Source of the DNA: Octopus bimaculoides
Taxonomy: Eukaryota
Reading direction: 5' to 3'
Assembly (NCBI RefSeq): GCF_001194135.2
Contig: NC_068998.1
Coordinates: 51,533,809-51,597,808, forward strand
DNA length: 64,000 nt
Within the stretch, counting starts at the first letter, position 1; every line of letters begins with the position of its first letter. Below the pieces are notes generated by a model that saw only the letters and a list, made by a program, of their open reading frames with translations, did no database searches and had not been told where the DNA came from. Shown piece by piece: positions 60,172-64,000 of this stretch. The position numbers and the translations under genes are program-made.

Positions 60172-61017
60172 TACAGCCATGGTAGCATATGGTATTGGCT
60201 AAAAGTCTATGGATATGTTATTTAGTACATTATAAATAGAAACTAAGAAACAGGTAGTTTATGGAAACCTACCTGCTAATTGTCAAATAGTCTGTCAGTT
60301 TATCATTAGCTTACAAATAATGAGTTTTAATTTTCTTTTTTTTTTCTCTTTGTTGTTTTCTTCATCTCCTCTCCATATCTTAATCTCTCCCACTTTACTC
60401 TCTCCCCTCCTCCACACTGCTTTTTCCCCAATTTGCCTTACTCTGAACTTTGACCTCACAACATTTTTCTCCTTGTTATCTTTTCTTTCTTCTTTCCTTC
60501 CTTCATTCTCTTATTCCTCTCAGTCACAATTTATTTAGTCTTTCTTTCTTATCAGCAAATATTTCATCTTTCACTCCTGTCAACTGACACCACATCACTT
60601 GGGTCATGTCTGAAAAAGAAAAGGAAAAAAAACAAAAAAACTGCAGAAATCTTATACTTTTTTTGCCTCTTTATCACAAACAAAATAATTCATACTTGGC
60701 AAACTTTCCTTACCTTCTCAAGATAATAGACTGGCTAAGGGTGGATTACAGTTTAAGATCATGTGTACAACTCTGCCCTCTTTAATACAATGAATTACAG
60801 TCAACTTAGAAGAAATATTAATTTAATACAATGCTCTTTCTAAAATATTATTCCTCCAACTCACCCCCAAATGTAAATGGTTAAATGTCATTCAACTTAT
60901 TCAATCTTTGCACAGTTTAACCCTTTGGCATTCAGGTTTCTCTGTCAAAATGTATTGATTATTTATTCACATTCTCTACCACCACCACCACCACCACCAC
61001 CACCACCACCACCATCA

Positions 61018-61255
61018 TCATCATCATTCAACATCCGTTTTCCATGCCTACATGGGTCAGACGATTTGGCTGCAGCTTGTAAGGCCAGGGGACACACCTG
61101 GCTCCGTTGTCTGTTCTGGTGTGGTTTCTATGGCTGGATGCCCTTCCTAATGCCAACCACTCTACAGAGTGTACTAGGTGCCTTTTATGTGGCACCAGCA
61201 CCAGTGCTTTTAATGTGGCACCAGCACCAGTGCTTTTAATGTGGCACCAGCACGC
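61018..61255 (-). mobile_element. RTE 3'-end repeat (family C) with a 25-bp triplication
   Basis: catcattcaacatccgttttccatgcc...ggctggatgcccttcctaatgcc; atgtggcaccagcaccagtgctttta repeated about 3 times. Confidence 0.8.
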
Positions 61256-61884
61256 ACGTTGTTTTGATTTAATCAAGCGTTATCTTGTTGCTCCAAGATT
61301 TCGATGGTGTGTTTGTATATTCTTAGAATAAACATTGTAGGGTAGGTGTGAGAGGTCAGATCTGTTCAGTTTTAACATGAAACAAGTAGAATATCTGAGC
61401 CAGATATGGCTGGATTAAATGCTAAAAGGATAAGCAAATTTATCAATCTCTAAAACTATGTCTTTGAGAAACTCCAGTGCTATATATATCTATAGATTAT
61501 ATAGTATGTTAGCCAATGAAATAACAACCAAATCTTTTCCAAATTGTATTTTCGTTTTATTTTTCATGGCTGATGCCAGTGCCATCAGACTGGCACCCAA
61601 GCTGGTGGCATGTATAAAGTGCCATTCGAGTGTTGGGCCTCATGGAGGCAGTGACAGGTGCAACTAGTACTTAATTTATCGACCCTGAAAGGATGAAAGG
61701 CAAAGTCAACTTTGGTGGAATTTGAACTCAGAACGTAAAGACGAACAAAATGCCGCAAAGCATTTCACCCAGTGTCCTAACCATTCTGCCAGCTCACTGC
61801 CTTTCTATCCTCTAAAATTACTGACTTTGTGCCTAAATTTGAAACCGATATTTATTTATGGTGCTGCTGCTATGTCAAAAGTAT

Positions 61885-62250
61885 CCATTCCACAGTGTAA
61901 AGTGCTTGGCATTTGGAAGGGCATCCAACTGTAAAAACCCGGCCCAAGCAGACCTCACTGGTGCTGGTGTCATGTGAAAATAGCACTCAGGCCACACTCT
62001 AAAGTGGTTTGCATTAGAAAGGACATCCAACCATAAAAACTGTGCCATAACAAACCTTACCAATGCTGGTGCCTTGGAAAAAGCACTCCATTTACTCTGT
62101 ATGGTGTTTGCCATTAGGAAGGACATCCAGCTGTCAAAAAACCATTCCAAAACAGACAGTGAAGCTCGGTGCAGTCTTCTGGTTTGCCAGCTCCTGTTCA
62201 ACTGTCCAACCCATGCCAGCAGGGAAAACAGACGTTAAATGATGATGATG
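61885..62250 (+). mobile_element. RTE 3'-end repeat (family C) with a triplicated aagg(g/a)catcca block
   Basis: Ends ccaacccatgccagcagggaaaacagacgttaaatgatgatga. Confidence 0.8.
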
Positions 62251-62971
62251 AAGATGGCGACAAAGACAATGATGATTGTTGAATTAATTCAAAATTTCTG
62301 AGAGTAATATTACTTTTGCCATATCTCAGACTGGACTTGTTTAGCTAATCAGTAAATGAATAATGAATAAATTAATTTACTGATAAACATTGTGTCACTT
62401 GTTGCAGAAGATAAATGCTTAGGTTACCCTGTCATAAATTGTATATGTAAACCAGTTTGTCACTGATTTATTTATCACTGGTCCAGGATAACATGGTACA
62501 ATCAGTTGGAAATCATGTCATACCTATTTGATAACATGGGTTGGCGATCAGTCAGAGATTCTGCTTGTAATGCAAAATTGCTCTCCTGCAACTACCCTTA
62601 ATGTTCAGCCACCCAGAATGCACTGACTTATACATGGGACCAGTGAACAGGAAAGGTACCAAGGCACCTAGCCCTAACAAACTACACACATAAGTGTATT
62701 CTTTAAAGAGAAGGATAAAGATGACTTAAGAAAATCCATGATGGTGGAAGCTTTGCTGTAGGGTGTGCGTGGAGGGTGAGTTTGGTGTCAATGAATCAAC
62801 CATTTGTTTCATTTAAAAAGTGGGTGGAAATGATTCTTCTTTATTCATTAGTATGTTTTTTGCTTTTCCTGGAACCAAACCCCTATCATAAATGTAGTTA
62901 GATTTCTTTGATATATTATTCAAGCATTTTAACTGCTTGTATTATGTTGTCCATGGACATACATATGCATA

Positions 62972-63014
<43 letters not shown>

Positions 63015-63450
63015 GAGTGGCTGTGTGGTTGACGAGTTTGTTTCCAGATCACATGGTTTCAGGTTCAGTCCCACTGCGTGGCGCCTTGGGCAAGTGTCTT
63101 CTACTTGAACTCCAGGCTGACCAAAGCCTTGTCAGAAGATTTGGGGGTTGGAAACTGAAAGAAGCCCATTGTATCTATCTGTCTATTTGTGTGAAAATGA
63201 ATCTTATGTGTATGTTTGTCTCTCCTCATTTTCACATTGCATGATCGTTGTAAACAAGTTCTCTTGTCATACAAGTGGCATACTTAGTTTCCAATCTTCC
63301 ATGAAAACATGTCTGGACATGGGGAAATATTACTCTGCTTGGAAACAAATGAGAGTTGGCAACAGGAAGATCATTCAGTCATAGAAATCTGTCTCAACAA
63401 AGTCCATCTGAGCCATGCAAGCTTGGAAACTGGATATGATAATGACGTAT
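63015..63450 (+). mobile_element. SINE family A variant with an RTE-like 3' module
   Basis: Family A head and CORE-like block, then atcgttgtaaacaag...ggcaacaggaagatcattcag...ccatgcaagcttggaaactggat; the same module lies reversed at 15165-15420. Confidence 0.7.
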
Positions 63451-63653
63451 ATGATATGCTTTTGCACACCTTCCATCTACTAAATTCCACTTTTAGGGCA
63501 ATGCTTTAAACGAGGCTCCTTGCAAAGACACTTATCCAAAGTGGTTGTGTTTGTGTGTGTATATGTGTGCGTGCACGCAATGTGATAAAATCTGGAACCA
63601 TATTGTTACAAAGGAAACTTAGTCAGACAGTTATATCTTGCCTCCATATTTAA

Positions 63654-63824
63654 CCCTTTAGCATTTAATCTGGCCATATCAGACCTGTTTATTCTACATG
63701 ATTTATATCCAAACTGGCCAGATTTAGCCTCTTACACCTACCATACAATGCCATTCCAAAAATAAACAATTACATTATGAAAATCTTGAAGCTATGAGAT
63801 GATGTACAGTTGAATGTTAAAGGG
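63654..63824. mobile_element. piggyBac-type MITE, second family
   Basis: TTAA-ccctttagcatttaa...ttgaatgttaaaggg-TTAA (TTAA at 63650-53 and 63825-28); related half copies in the opposite orientation at about 8373-8496 and 61331-61430. Confidence 0.8.
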
Positions 63825-64000
63825 TTAAAGCAAGGAATATTAAAACACAACTCAGGAATAAATGTGCCACGAAGAAGAAAAAAAACAGCAAAACGGTATT
63901 AATAAAAATATGTTATTTCAGTTAAAGGTTCCTGATTGTTTTTGACAAAATTACACTGGAGAAGACGTTGATGTGAGCTGTTTAAATGTTATTAAATAGT

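Noticed and set aside
62348-62384. 10-bp inverted repeat atcagtaaat / atttactgat
   Set aside because: Short and AT-rich, with no TSD or second copy; likely chance.

Overview
AT-rich, repeat-saturated eukaryotic scaffold with nine N-gaps (4052-4061, 7243-7821, 8755-8819, 13702-13781, 14387-14587, 17677-17686, 34502-34511, 53870-54342, 55050-55460). The RTE peptide, SINE families and microsatellite load look like an octopus genome (inference from recalled sequence, not a database hit). I cannot support any host protein-coding exon: almost every listed ORF is a microsatellite, N-gap or SINE read-through. Supported content: one intact tRNA-Gln(CTG) gene; four RTE-clade LINE remnants of different type and age, two of them found only by manual translation through stop codons; several high-copy tRNA-SINE and LINE-tail families, often nested; piggyBac-, hAT-, mariner- and Harbinger-type MITEs; and several tandem arrays. 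I found no convincing complete new biological system. Best leads: a type I hammerhead-ribozyme-like motif at about 47.0 kb plus a half motif at 17.7 kb; a locally triplicated element of about 200 bp with an exactly spaced AG-(23 nt)-RYAAGC core at 46.5-48.4 kb; two long, short-looped retroelement hairpins (ADAR-type substrates); and a CpG-retention boundary near 1.1 kb. Family labels A-D are my working names. All alignments and counts were done by eye, so repeat boundaries are approximate.
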